NCBI GenBank assembly: GCA_913049685.1
Contig: CAJWZD010000002.1
Coordinates: forward strand, 2,694 to 66,693
Source of the DNA: an uncultured Fidelibacterota bacterium
GTDB taxonomy: Bacteria; Fidelibacterota; Marinisomatia; Marinisomatales; TCS55
Reading direction: 5' to 3'
DNA: 64,000 bases
Shown here: positions 17,041 to 26,534 of the stretch, in pieces
Numbering within the stretch: position 1 is the stretch's first letter
Layout of the letters: the number at the start of each line of letters is the position of its first letter
The notes under the pieces: generated by a model
The model's database searches: none
The model's input: only the letters and a program-made list of their open reading frames with translations
What the model was told of the DNA's origin: nothing
Position numbers and translations under genes: made by a program

Positions 17041-18530
17041 AGCCATTCTATATTACTACCCCTATATATTACGTAAATGACAAGCCTCATATTGGACATG
17101 CGTATACTACAATTTTAGCTGATGTTGTAGCGCGTCATCATCGCAATAGCGGCAAAGATGTTTTTTTTCTTACTGGTTTAGATGAGCACGGCCAAAAAGT
17201 TCAGCAAGCAGCAGAGAAAAGAGGTGTTGATCCTAAAAAACATTGCGATGAGATGGCTCCTAGATTTTTAGAGCTTTGGAAGCGGCTCCACATTCAATAT
17301 GACGATTTTATTCGAACTACAGAAAAGCGCCACACTGACACAGTTAAAAAAATTCTTCAAAATGTCTACGATAAAGGAGATATCTATGAAGACAGTTATG
17401 AAGGACTGTACTCTGTTTCAGAAGAAAGATTTATTACAGAAAAAGAAGCTGAATCAGGGCATTATAGAGATATAAAAAAGTTAAAAGAAAAAAATTATTT
17501 TTTTAAAATGTCAAGATATCAAGAAAAACTAATAGAGCATATTGAGCAAAATCCTATGTTTATTCAACCTACTCATAGAAAAAATGAGGTACTGGGTTTT
17601 TTAAAATCTTCATTAAGCGATTTATGCATATCTCGCCCAAAATCTCGACTCAATTGGGGTATTGAGCTTCCGTTTGATTCAAAATATGTTACATATGTAT
17701 GGTTCGACGCCCTAATTAATTATGTCTCTGCGCTAGGATTAAATGGTGAAGAGGAAAAATATAAATCGTTTTGGCCTGTAAATTTTCATTTAATTGGTAA
17801 AGATATCCTAACAACGCATGCAGTTTATTGGCCCACCATGCTGATGTCTGCTGAAATAAAATTGCCTAGGAGTATATTTGCCCATGGATGGTGGATGAGT
17901 GATCAATCTAAAATGAGTAAATCATTAGGAAATGTTATTGACCCATTGGAATTAATTGAATCATACGGCGTAGACCCAGTGCGTTTTTATTTAATGAAGG
18001 AAATGGTTTTAGGTCATGACTCTAATTTTAGCATGGATTCATTTATAAAGTGCTATAACAGTGACCTTGCAAATGATTTTGGAAACTTATTAAGTAGAGT
18101 ATCAAATCTTGTAAATAAATTTTACAATGGAAGTCTAGTAGAAGGGGAAGACTTATCTGAGGACGGCCTAGCTATTAAAAAAAACGCAAAAGAAACAATT
18201 GATGAAGTGTCGAAGCTTATGGATGAAATGAAGATTAATGATGCAATTGAAAGAGTACTTCAATTTGTAAGAAATGTAAATAAGTTTTTAGAGCTTACAG
18301 CACCGTGGAAAGTTGTTAAAACGGACCTAAAAAGAGCTGGAAGGATCTTATTTACTGCAGCCGAGTCACTCCGAGTAATTGCCTTATTGTTTTCGCCGAT
18401 TATGCCAAATAGAACTAAATCCGTCCTAAACATATTGAATTCTAAAGACAAAGCTGTTTATTGGGGAGGTTTACAGGTGAATGATAAAATAAAAACCCAT
18501 GAGCCTCTTTTCCCAAGAATAGAATTATAG
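17037..18530 (+). CDS. metG: methionine--tRNA ligase (short form without the C-terminal tRNA-binding domain)
   Basis: It has the HIGH motif (PHIGHAYT) and the KMSKS motif (KMSKSLGN). There is an ATGA overlap with holB. Confidence 0.92.
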   Translation: MKPFYITTPIYYVNDKPHIGHAYTTILADVVARHHRNSGKDVFFLTGLDEHGQKVQQAAEKRGVDPKKHCDEMAPRFLELWKRLHIQYDDFIRTTEKRHTDTVKKILQNVYDKGDIYEDSYEGLYSVSEERFITEKEAESGHYRDIKKLKEKNYFFKMSRYQEKLIEHIEQNPMFIQPTHRKNEVLGFLKSSLSDLCISRPKSRLNWGIELPFDSKYVTYVWFDALINYVSALGLNGEEEKYKSFWPVNFHLIGKDILTTHAVYWPTMLMSAEIKLPRSIFAHGWWMSDQSKMSKSLGNVIDPLELIESYGVDPVRFYLMKEMVLGHDSNFSMDSFIKCYNSDLANDFGNLLSRVSNLVNKFYNGSLVEGEDLSEDGLAIKKNAKETIDEVSKLMDEMKINDAIERVLQFVRNVNKFLELTAPWKVVKTDLKRAGRILFTAAESLRVIALLFSPIMPNRTKSVLNILNSKDKAVYWGGLQVNDKIKTHEPLFPRIEL

Positions 18531-18531
18531 C

Positions 18532-19164
18532 CTACCCTAATTTTCCTAAAATTTTTCTTCCATGATAGTATGTGCCACCAATTTTTTTGTGAATAGCGTT
18601 CAGGTTTTTGTTTGTTATTTTTCCAGCTGATATCACCTTAATTTCTCTACCATAATTATTAATTACTTTTTTAATAATATTTGATCCTGTTTCCGCAGTT
18701 CTAGATCTGCCAGAAGTTAATAGACTATCAATTCTTTTCGATTTAACCAGTGCCTCAATATCACCAAAAAATTCAATGCTCGTATCTATCGCTTTGTGAA
18801 AAGTAATTTTTATTGGAGCTGACCAGTCGCTGATTTTTTTTACATGATCCATATTCACAATATTATTTTTATCTAATATGCCAATAACTATGTGATTAAT
18901 ACCCATAGATTTAAAATTGGTAATTTGATCTCTGATGGTTAACATTTCTGAATTTGAATAGTAAAAATTACCAATTCTTGGCCTGATCATTACTTTTATA
19001 GGAATGGAAACGTTATTAATTATTTTTTCAACCAATTGAAGATTAGGAGTGAGGCCATCATTCCTCAAGTCACTGCAAACCTCTATTTGATCTGCACCTT
19101 TTTTTTCTGCGAGCCTAGCTTCATCATAAGACTCAACGCAGCACTCGATAAAAATTTTTTTCAA
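18532..19164 (-). CDS. cutC: copper homeostasis protein CutC family
   Basis: It begins IECCVESYDEARLAEKKGADQIEVCS, has ...FHKAID... and is 210 aa with a TIM-barrel-like pattern. Confidence 0.75.
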   Translation of the reverse strand: MKKIFIECCVESYDEARLAEKKGADQIEVCSDLRNDGLTPNLQLVEKIINNVSIPIKVMIRPRIGNFYYSNSEMLTIRDQITNFKSMGINHIVIGILDKNNIVNMDHVKKISDWSAPIKITFHKAIDTSIEFFGDIEALVKSKRIDSLLTSGRSRTAETGSNIIKKVINNYGREIKVISAGKITNKNLNAIHKKIGGTYYHGRKILGKLG

Positions 19165-19249
19165 ATTTTACCTAAATGAATCAAATATTTTTAATAAATT
19201 GATTAAATAACTTAACCCTAGATTTTAGAAATAAATAAAAATATAAATT

Positions 19250-20008
19250 ATGATTATTGATTCACACTGCCACCTTTATTACGATAGCCTTGCTAACGAT
19301 ATAGATAATGTTATCCAAAGGGCAAATGATGCTGGAGTTTCTCGATTAGTGTGTGTTGGTACAAATGTTGAAGAATCAAAAAAATGTCTATCTATAACTG
19401 AAAATAATGATGATATTTTTTCTTCATCCGGGGTTCATCCCCATGATTCAAAAGACGTTGTTGATGGGTATATTGATGAAATATATGAACTAATGGAATA
19501 CGAAAGTATGATAGCCATTGGTGAGATTGGTTTGGATTATTTTAAAAACCATTCTGATCCAGAAATTCAAAAAAAAGTTTTTAAGGAATTAATGGAGGTT
19601 GCTCAAGATTTAGATAAGCCAGTAATTATTCACAGTCGAGATGCTGATGAGGATCTAATTCAAATAGTATCTGAATACTCAAGCGTTATAGGTGTAGCTC
19701 ACTGTTTTTCAAGTACACTAGAAACTGCGCAAGCTTTTTTGGAGCTTGGTTATTATATTTCATTTTCTGGAAATATTACATTTAATAACAGCCATTTACC
19801 AGAAGTTGTAAAATCAATTCCTTTAGATCGTGTTATGGTTGAAACAGACTCACCATTTTTAAGTCCCGAGCCAGAGAGAGGAAAGGGTAATGAGCCTAGC
19901 AGGATAGTTCATACTGTTAGCAAACTTTCTGAAATTTATGGAATTTCATATGAGGAAATTGCTAAGCATACTTATGATAATACCACAGAGCTCTTCCGAT
20001 TACCTTAA
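19250..20008 (+). CDS. tatD: TatD family metal-dependent hydrolase/DNase
   Basis: It has the N-terminal IIDSHCHL, then GEIGLDY, IHSRDA, AHCFS and ETDSPFL. Confidence 0.88.
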   Translation: MIIDSHCHLYYDSLANDIDNVIQRANDAGVSRLVCVGTNVEESKKCLSITENNDDIFSSSGVHPHDSKDVVDGYIDEIYELMEYESMIAIGEIGLDYFKNHSDPEIQKKVFKELMEVAQDLDKPVIIHSRDADEDLIQIVSEYSSVIGVAHCFSSTLETAQAFLELGYYISFSGNITFNNSHLPEVVKSIPLDRVMVETDSPFLSPEPERGKGNEPSRIVHTVSKLSEIYGISYEEIAKHTYDNTTELFRLP

Positions 20009-20060
20009 AAATAATCACCTCAGTTTTTAATTTATCACCCCGTTTTTTAAAAAAACTATT

Positions 20061-20837
20061 TTGAAAAAATCTTTTCACCCTTTCAGAAAAAAGTGGGGTC
20101 AAAATTTTCTAAATGATAACAACTTATTAAATAAGATTGTAAAAACTTTAAATCCTTTATCTCATGATACTTTTCTTGAAATTGGGGCAGGTGACGGGGC
20201 TCTAACAGAAAAAATACTTCCTCATGTAAAAAAAATGTTAGCAGTTGAGATTGACCCATTGCTAGTGAAAAAACTTACCCAAAACAAAAACCTTAAAGGT
20301 TTATCGGTTATTGATGGCGATATATTAAACCTTAACCTTGAAAATTTGAATTTTAAAGGTCCAATTAAAATAATTGGAAACATTCCTTATAACATAACAT
20401 CTTCAATAATCTTTTGGCTAATTGAACAATTGGACTTTTGGAAAGAAGCATACGTAATGATGCAAAAAGAGGTTGCAGAAAGATTGGTAGCGGATATTGG
20501 AACTAAAGCCTACGGAAGGATAACTGTAGTAACAAGCGCCTATTTAAAAAAAGAAATATGTTTCAATATACCTCCCGAAGTTTTTTTCCCAAAACCCAAA
20601 GTTTATTCTTCTTTGGTTAAGTTTTCAAAAATATCAGATCAAATCATTAGTGATGACAAATTTATTAAATATAATAAGATGGTAAAAAAAGCCTTTTCAG
20701 GGCGAAGGAAAATGATAAGAAATACGTTATCTGGATACTCTTTTGATAATGAAGTGAAGAAAAAAATTGACTTTTCTAGACGGCCCGAAACATTATCACC
20801 TAAAGAATTTGCTGACCTAGTAAAATCATTAAAATAA
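20061..20837 (+). CDS. rsmA: 16S rRNA (adenine1518/1519-N6)-dimethyltransferase
   Basis: It has a TTG start, KKWGQNFL, the SAM motif LEIGAGDGALT and GNIPYNITS. Confidence 0.9.
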   Translation: MKKSFHPFRKKWGQNFLNDNNLLNKIVKTLNPLSHDTFLEIGAGDGALTEKILPHVKKMLAVEIDPLLVKKLTQNKNLKGLSVIDGDILNLNLENLNFKGPIKIIGNIPYNITSSIIFWLIEQLDFWKEAYVMMQKEVAERLVADIGTKAYGRITVVTSAYLKKEICFNIPPEVFFPKPKVYSSLVKFSKISDQIISDDKFIKYNKMVKKAFSGRRKMIRNTLSGYSFDNEVKKKIDFSRRPETLSPKEFADLVKSLK

Positions 20838-20913
20838 GTATGTTTATTAGGTAAAAACTTATTTTTAGTGTATATTTCTGAGCTTTTTTCGACTAAAAAA
20901 AGGTTAAAAATTT

Positions 20914-21768
20914 ATGGCAAAAGCAGCTAGACCCATTAATGAATCAAATCGTAGTTTAAGTCAATATCTTGAAGAGATTGGCCAATTTGAACCTTTGCAT
21001 CCTTCTCGTGAAGTTGAGCTTGCTCAGGCAATAAAAAAAGGCGATCGATTTGCAATGAAAGAATTAGTGGAAGCTAATTTAAGATTTGTTGTTTCTGTAG
21101 CTAAGGACTACCAAGGACAAGGTTTACCTTTGACGGATTTGATTAATGAAGGCAATATGGGCCTAATGAAGGCTGCTGGCCGATTTGATGAAACCCGTGG
21201 ATTCAAATTTATTTCATATGCGGTGTGGTGGATTAGACAATCTATTCTTCAGGCTCTTGCTGAACATTCTCGAATAGTTAGACTTCCTTTGAATAGGGTA
21301 GGAACAATTTCGAAAATAACAAAAACTGCTGAAAAGCTTGAAGCGGAAGTAGAAAGATCTCCCAACGAAGAAGAGATCGGTAGAAATCTTGAGATGACAA
21401 CTGATGAAGTTACCGATGCTATGCGGATCTCTCGAAGACATCATTCGCTTAATGCTCCGTTCAGAGATGGCGATAAAAATTCCCTAATTGATGTCATCGA
21501 GGATGATGGACAAATTGAGCCCGATGAACCGTTAATGGCTGAATCCCTGAAAGATGAAATTCGACAATCTTTGGACACATTGAAAGATAGAGAAAGACAA
21601 GTTATTAAAATGTATTTTGGTATTGATAGAGACTATGCATTGACACTTAATGAGATTGGTGAAGAGTTCAGCTTGACCAGGGAAAGAGTTAGGCAAATTA
21701 AAGAAAAAGCTATCCGTAGACTCAGACATAGATCACGCAGTAAATCTCTTAGAACATATTTAGGCTAA
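20914..21768 (+). CDS. rpoD: primary-type RNA polymerase sigma factor, short FCB/Bacteroidetes-like form lacking region 1.1
   Basis: It has [53 protein letters not shown] and region 4 [28 protein letters not shown], in 284 aa. Confidence 0.85.
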   Translation: MAKAARPINESNRSLSQYLEEIGQFEPLHPSREVELAQAIKKGDRFAMKELVEANLRFVVSVAKDYQGQGLPLTDLINEGNMGLMKAAGRFDETRGFKFISYAVWWIRQSILQALAEHSRIVRLPLNRVGTISKITKTAEKLEAEVERSPNEEEIGRNLEMTTDEVTDAMRISRRHHSLNAPFRDGDKNSLIDVIEDDGQIEPDEPLMAESLKDEIRQSLDTLKDRERQVIKMYFGIDRDYALTLNEIGEEFSLTRERVRQIKEKAIRRLRHRSRSKSLRTYLG

Positions 21769-21789
21769 TTTTAGAGGAGGCAAAAACAG

Positions 21790-21987
21790 ATGGTTGAAGT
21801 AACAGTTAGAAATGGAGAGCAATTAGAGAGAGCTCTCAGAAGATTCAAGAAAAAATGGGAGCGCGCAGGAGTTTTAAGAGAAATTAAGCGTAAGTCTTTT
21901 TACATAAAACCAAGCGATGAACAGAGAGCTGCTCGTAAAAAAGCTGTAAGGCGCAGGCTTCGATTAGCTAGGTACAGCTCCTATTAA
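21790..21987 (+). CDS. rpsU: 30S ribosomal protein S21
   Basis: It is a 65-aa basic protein with LERALRRFKKKWERAGVLREIKRKSFYIKPSDEQR. A strong SD (AGGAGG) lies 8 nt upstream. Confidence 0.9.
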   Translation: MVEVTVRNGEQLERALRRFKKKWERAGVLREIKRKSFYIKPSDEQRAARKKAVRRRLRLARYSSY

Positions 21988-21993
21988 TATTTG

Positions 21994-22025
21994 AAAGGTT
22001 CGACAAAGTTTCGGACCTTTTTTTT
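21994..22025 (+). terminator. rho-independent terminator after rpsU
   Basis: The stem pairs AAAGGTTCGA with TCGGACCTTT (10 bp, one G-U), with a 7-nt loop CAAAGTT. The U-tract is 8 T counting the last 3 T of the 3' stem arm; 5 T follow the stem. Confidence 0.8.
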
Positions 22026-22040
22026 AATTAATATCTTAAT

Positions 22041-23375
22041 ATGATTATTCGCAGTATTTCTGGAGTCAGAGGTATCACTAAATCCTCACTTACCCCTGAT
22101 GTTGTTAAAGCATATGCCCATGCTTTTGATGACCTACTTCCTGAAGGATTGGTCTACATTGGCAGAGATTCTAGGCCATCTGGCGAAAATATTCTTGAGT
22201 TATTTTCAAACGAACTGATAGATCTTGGCAGAGATATTGTTAACTGTGAAGTTGTCCCAACTCCAACTGTACAGTTTATGGTTGAAAGGTCAGAAGCTGT
22301 TGGAGGTTTAGTAGTTACAGCTAGCCATAATCCGGAAGAATGGAATGGCATGAAATTCATACGTAAAGATGGAACCTTTTTTCTTCCAGACGAATGTGAA
22401 ATTCTATTTAAAAAAATTGATAGCAATACCTTTCTGAAAAAATCTACCAAAAAGGGAATGTATTTTCCTGATCAGAACTCTATACTTAAACATATTATTC
22501 ATATTATTGAACTTTCTTGTATTAATCTGAAAAGAATAAAGAATAGAAAATATAAAGTCGCTATTGATTGTGTTAATGGTGCTGGATCAAAAGCACTTCC
22601 TTTGCTTTTAGAATATCTGGGTTGTGAGGTAGCTTTGATTCATTGCGATGGAAGTGGTCAGTTTAATCGTGGCACTGAACCCTTACCCGAAAACCTAAAA
22701 GATTTGCGAAAACAGGTTTTAGATAACAATGCGGACATTGGATTTGCTGTTGATCCAGATGCAGATCGACTAGCGATTGTAAATAACCTTGGAGACCCAA
22801 TAGGAGAGGAGTATACATTAGTTCTTGCAGCTGAGGGGTACATAAAAGAATTAAATTGCCCTCAAACAATTGTTACAAATCTATCTACAACCATTGCGCT
22901 AGATAAAATGGCCCACAATAATAATTCAAAAGTTGAACGCACAGCAGTAGGTGAAATCAATGTTGTTAAAAGAATGATCGAAGTTGATTCAAATATTGGT
23001 GGTGAAGGAAACGGGGGAATAATATTAAAAGAAGCTCATCTTGGAAGAGATTCGCTTGTTGGTGTTGCAATGATATTAAATAGATTATCTCAAGATGACA
23101 ATAAAACCATTTCTGAGATTCATAGTGCTTTGCCTCAATTTAGCATTGTTAAAGATAAAGTGGACCTTAAAAGTGTTGATGAAGTTCAGCTTATTGATAA
23201 TGCGAAAGAAACTTTTTTAGAGTCATCAATCGATTTAACAGATGGAGTCAAATTTATATGGCCAGATAGATGGATACACTTGAGAAAATCTAACACTGAA
23301 CCAATTATGCGAATCTACGCAGAAGCTCCAACAGTTAAAGATGCTCAAATTTTGATACAAAGATTAAAATCTTAA
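22041..23375 (+). CDS. glmM: phosphohexomutase, most likely FCB-type phosphoglucosamine mutase
   Basis: It has the active-site loop VVTASHNPEEWNGMKF, the Mg site FAVDPDADR and the sugar loop GGEGNGG. The N-terminus IRSISGVRGI resembles Bacteroidetes-type GlmM. Confidence 0.7.
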   Translation: MIIRSISGVRGITKSSLTPDVVKAYAHAFDDLLPEGLVYIGRDSRPSGENILELFSNELIDLGRDIVNCEVVPTPTVQFMVERSEAVGGLVVTASHNPEEWNGMKFIRKDGTFFLPDECEILFKKIDSNTFLKKSTKKGMYFPDQNSILKHIIHIIELSCINLKRIKNRKYKVAIDCVNGAGSKALPLLLEYLGCEVALIHCDGSGQFNRGTEPLPENLKDLRKQVLDNNADIGFAVDPDADRLAIVNNLGDPIGEEYTLVLAAEGYIKELNCPQTIVTNLSTTIALDKMAHNNNSKVERTAVGEINVVKRMIEVDSNIGGEGNGGIILKEAHLGRDSLVGVAMILNRLSQDDNKTISEIHSALPQFSIVKDKVDLKSVDEVQLIDNAKETFLESSIDLTDGVKFIWPDRWIHLRKSNTEPIMRIYAEAPTVKDAQILIQRLKS

Positions 23376-23388
23376 TCAATATATTAAA

Positions 23389-24789
23389 ATGACTTATAAA
23401 AAAGGCCAAGAGCTTGAACTGACAATAGAAGGTCTTGCGTATGGAGGAAGAGGGATTGCAAGGCAAAATAACTTTGTGTTTTTTGTAGAAGCAGCAATTC
23501 CAGGTCAGAAAGTTTTAGTATATATATCTAGAAAAAGAAAAGATTTTGCTGAAGCACGGATTAAGGAGGTAATAACTCAGTCGCCTCATTTCTCAGATCC
23601 AAAATGTGAGCATTTTCTACATTGCGGAGGATGTAAATCGCAACATATTGATTACTTAGAGCAGTTAAACCAAAAGAAGAATCAAGTCCAAGATATTTTT
23701 CAGAAACAAGCTGGAATTAAAAACTTTAATGTAGATCAAGTTGTTCCAGCTAACCCTATTTTTAACTATAGAAATAAGATGGAATTTACATTTTCTAAAA
23801 ACAGGTGGATTCTTGAAGGTGAACCAAGAGATGTCAAATCAGATTTTGCGCTAGGAATGCATATTCCAAAAAGATGGGACAAAATTCTTGATATAAACAG
23901 TTGCGATCTTATGCCAAGTATTGGATCAAAAATATTAAACTATGTTAGGGATTTAGCTAGAGAGTCAAATTTAAAGCCTTACGACCAGAGATCTCACATA
24001 GGTTTTCTTAGATATCTAGCTTTGAGGTTTGGACAAAATACAAATGAATTAATGGTAAATCTTGTAACTTCATATGAAGATCTCGATTCGTTAGTACCTT
24101 TTGTTGAAAGTTTAGTTGATGAATTCCCTGAAATAACATCAGTCGTAAATAATATTAATACACGAAAAGCTGATGTATCCTTTGGCGAAAGAGAGATATT
24201 GCTTTTTGGTAAGCCAATTCTCAAAGAAAAATTAAAAGATCTTACGTTTCAAATATCTGCAAATTCTTTTTTTCAAACTAATTCATATATGGCAGAAAAA
24301 CTTTACGAGGTCATTTTAGATTCTGCAAAATTAAAAGGTGATGAAGTCGTTTATGACTTGTACTGTGGAGCAGGTTCAATATCCCTATTTCTAGCGCAGA
24401 AAGCTAAATTCGTTTTCGGTTTTGATATAATTGTTTCTTCCATTGAAAATGCCGAACAGAATGCAATTATAAATAAGATAGAAAATATTGACTTTAACGT
24501 TGCTAATCTTGATTCGTATTTTCAAAAGCACAAATCAAATAAATATCCAAATCCTGATATAGTGATTGTGGACCCACCTCGTGCAGGCATGCATAAAAAA
24601 ATGACTGAATATCTTCCAAAGCTAGGCGCAAAAAAGATAATCTATGTTTCTTGTAACCCTTCAACACAGGCCAGAGATACGCAAATATTGCAATCGCATA
24701 ATTACGAATTAATTAAACTATCAGTTGTAGATATGTTTCCACATACACCGCATGTTGAAACAGTTGGCATATTTGAAAAATCAAAATAA
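23389..24789 (+). CDS. rlmD: 23S rRNA (uracil-5-)-methyltransferase RlmD/RumA family (TRAM, Fe-S and SAM MTase domains)
   Basis: It has a TRAM-like N-terminus, the Cys cluster CEHFLHCGGCKSQH, DLYCGAGS, VDPPRAG and YVSCNP. Confidence 0.85.
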   Translation: MTYKKGQELELTIEGLAYGGRGIARQNNFVFFVEAAIPGQKVLVYISRKRKDFAEARIKEVITQSPHFSDPKCEHFLHCGGCKSQHIDYLEQLNQKKNQVQDIFQKQAGIKNFNVDQVVPANPIFNYRNKMEFTFSKNRWILEGEPRDVKSDFALGMHIPKRWDKILDINSCDLMPSIGSKILNYVRDLARESNLKPYDQRSHIGFLRYLALRFGQNTNELMVNLVTSYEDLDSLVPFVESLVDEFPEITSVVNNINTRKADVSFGEREILLFGKPILKEKLKDLTFQISANSFFQTNSYMAEKLYEVILDSAKLKGDEVVYDLYCGAGSISLFLAQKAKFVFGFDIIVSSIENAEQNAIINKIENIDFNVANLDSYFQKHKSNKYPNPDIVIVDPPRAGMHKKMTEYLPKLGAKKIIYVSCNPSTQARDTQILQSHNYELIKLSVVDMFPHTPHVETVGIFEKSK

Positions 24790-24864
24790 TTAAGGAATTT
24801 TCCTTTATTAGTTTATTATTAGATTATTAAAGCCAGTCACATAAAGAATAACTAAATTTGAATT

Positions 24865-25992
24865 ATGCAAATATGGCTTAAAATTCTTCTTAGAAATAGC
24901 TTTTTCCAGGTTGGACTAGGACTTTTGATTACCATGATATTAGGTGGTATCATTTTGCAATGGCTTGAAACAGGGGATATATCAAAAGGAAACAATCCTT
25001 TCTGGTGGGCAATTGTAACCATGACCACAGTTGGATATGGTGACTTTTCTCCTGAAACACCAGGAGGAAGAATATTCGCTGTATTTATAATGTTTGCAGG
25101 GATAACGCTTGTGTCGCTGCTAACAGCATCAATTTCATCAATTTTTGTAGCACAAAAAATCCGGGAGGGTAAAGGTTTGGAAAAATTGAATCTAAATAAC
25201 CATATTGTATTGTGTGGTTGGAATATAAATGCCGATAAACTAATAAATTCTATCTATGAATTAAAATCTGATAATAAGAATTTTGATTTAGTATTAGTAA
25301 ATGAGCTTAGCGAAGAAGATATAACACAATTAAAATCTAAATTCGCTAAGATAAGAATACATTTTGTTGCAGGTGACTTTACGCAAGAAGAGACGCTTCA
25401 TAGAGCAAGCATAACTACTTCAAATAGTGTAATAGTAATTCCAAATAATTTAAATAACGATAATGAATCGCATGATGAAAAAACGATCTTTGCAACACTT
25501 ACAATTAAAAGCATCGATTCGTCCATAAGGGTGGTTGCATACATTTTGGATAGAGAAAATTTAACACATATTAAACGAGCTGAAGCAGATGAGGTTGTTG
25601 TCAGTGATGATTTTAGTTTAAATATTTTAGCGTCACATATCGTTGACCCAGGAGTACCTCAAGCTTCAAATCATTTAATTAATACTAGTTCTGATTCTAG
25701 ACTTAAAAGAAAAACTATACCTGTAAACTTTGTTGGAAAAAAATACAGTGAATTATTTGACCACTTTCGAGGTGATGACGGTTCTCTTTTAATTGGTCTT
25801 TATTATGAGGACGAAAATCTGGGAATTGGAAGTATACTTTCATCTGATACTTCTTCCCTGGATAAATTTATTGAGCAAAAATTAAAAGAGGGAGGTATTT
25901 CACTTCAAGAACAAAGTAAGGTCCATGTGAATGTAAATCCCAGCCTGGACTATATAATCAAAGAAGGTGAAAAGGCACTTTTAATTCCTTGA
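24865..25992 (+). CDS. 2-TM K+ channel with a cytoplasmic RCK domain (MthK-like)
   Basis: It has the selectivity filter TMTTVGYGDFSP between two TM helices. The RCK N-lobe reads HIVLCGWNINADKL, a degenerate GxGxxG with CGW as in MthK. Confidence 0.85.
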   Translation: MQIWLKILLRNSFFQVGLGLLITMILGGIILQWLETGDISKGNNPFWWAIVTMTTVGYGDFSPETPGGRIFAVFIMFAGITLVSLLTASISSIFVAQKIREGKGLEKLNLNNHIVLCGWNINADKLINSIYELKSDNKNFDLVLVNELSEEDITQLKSKFAKIRIHFVAGDFTQEETLHRASITTSNSVIVIPNNLNNDNESHDEKTIFATLTIKSIDSSIRVVAYILDRENLTHIKRAEADEVVVSDDFSLNILASHIVDPGVPQASNHLINTSSDSRLKRKTIPVNFVGKKYSELFDHFRGDDGSLLIGLYYEDENLGIGSILSSDTSSLDKFIEQKLKEGGISLQEQSKVHVNVNPSLDYIIKEGEKALLIP

Positions 25993-25999
25993 GGTAATT

Positions 26000-26503
26000 A
26001 TGAAAAATGAACAGCTAAAAAATTATAAAATCTTTGAAAATTTAAGCGATGAGCAAATCGATAAATTTCACCCCGCTTTAAAAAAGGAAAAAATTGATCG
26101 TGGAAATAAATTTATAGTGGAAGGAGATGAAGGCGACTCCATTTATCTTTTGCTTCATGGAGAGGCGGAAATTAATCAAGCTCTTACTCTATCAGTCAAT
26201 AAAGGTAAATCTGATACTAGGGAAAAATCGATCATGAAGCTTTCTGATAAAGATTTTCCTCAATTCGGAGAAATGTCAATATTTTCAGACGGCGATGTTC
26301 GCACCGCAAATGTTAGAGCTCAAACAAATTGCACTCTAGCAAAGATAGCTAAAGACGACTTATTTCAAATATGTAACGATAATCCAGAAATTGGATTTCA
26401 GGTAATGCGAAATCTTGGAAGAATTATTACAAAAAATTTAATAAAAGCAAATCAGAATGTATTAAAGCTTACCACAGCTTTTAGTCTTATTTTAGACCGT
26501 TAG
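26000..26503 (+). CDS. stand-alone cyclic-nucleotide-binding (CNB) domain protein
   Basis: It has GDSIYLLLHGEAEI and the phosphate-binding cassette FGEMSIFSDGDVRTANVRA. No output domain is present. It starts 7 nt after the K+ channel gene. Confidence 0.75.
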   Translation: MKNEQLKNYKIFENLSDEQIDKFHPALKKEKIDRGNKFIVEGDEGDSIYLLLHGEAEINQALTLSVNKGKSDTREKSIMKLSDKDFPQFGEMSIFSDGDVRTANVRAQTNCTLAKIAKDDLFQICNDNPEIGFQVMRNLGRIITKNLIKANQNVLKLTTAFSLILDR

Positions 26504-26534
26504 GTCTTTCCATGAATACACAACATAATATTCT

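Noticed and set aside
19175-19215. AATCAA-N15-TTGATT inverted repeat in the cutC/tatD divergent spacer
   Set aside because: It has 6-bp arms in very AT-rich DNA, which is indistinguishable from chance.
20884-20903. CTTTTTT-CGACT-AAAAAAG hairpin between rsmA and rpoD
   Set aside because: The stem is almost purely A/T, is followed by no U-tract and has negligible predicted stability. It is probably just AT-rich spacer.
24792-24805. Short hairpin AAGGA-ATTT-TCCTT after rlmD as a possible terminator
   Set aside because: The stem is only 5 bp with two G-C pairs and has no clean T-tract. It is too weak to call.
24853-24860. TAAATTTG matching the Bacteroidetes -7 promoter element (TAnnTTTG), 4 nt before the K+ channel ATG
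   Set aside because: No -33 TTTG partner lies at the expected distance. In sequence this AT-rich the 8-mer is expected by chance, so I cannot support a promoter call.
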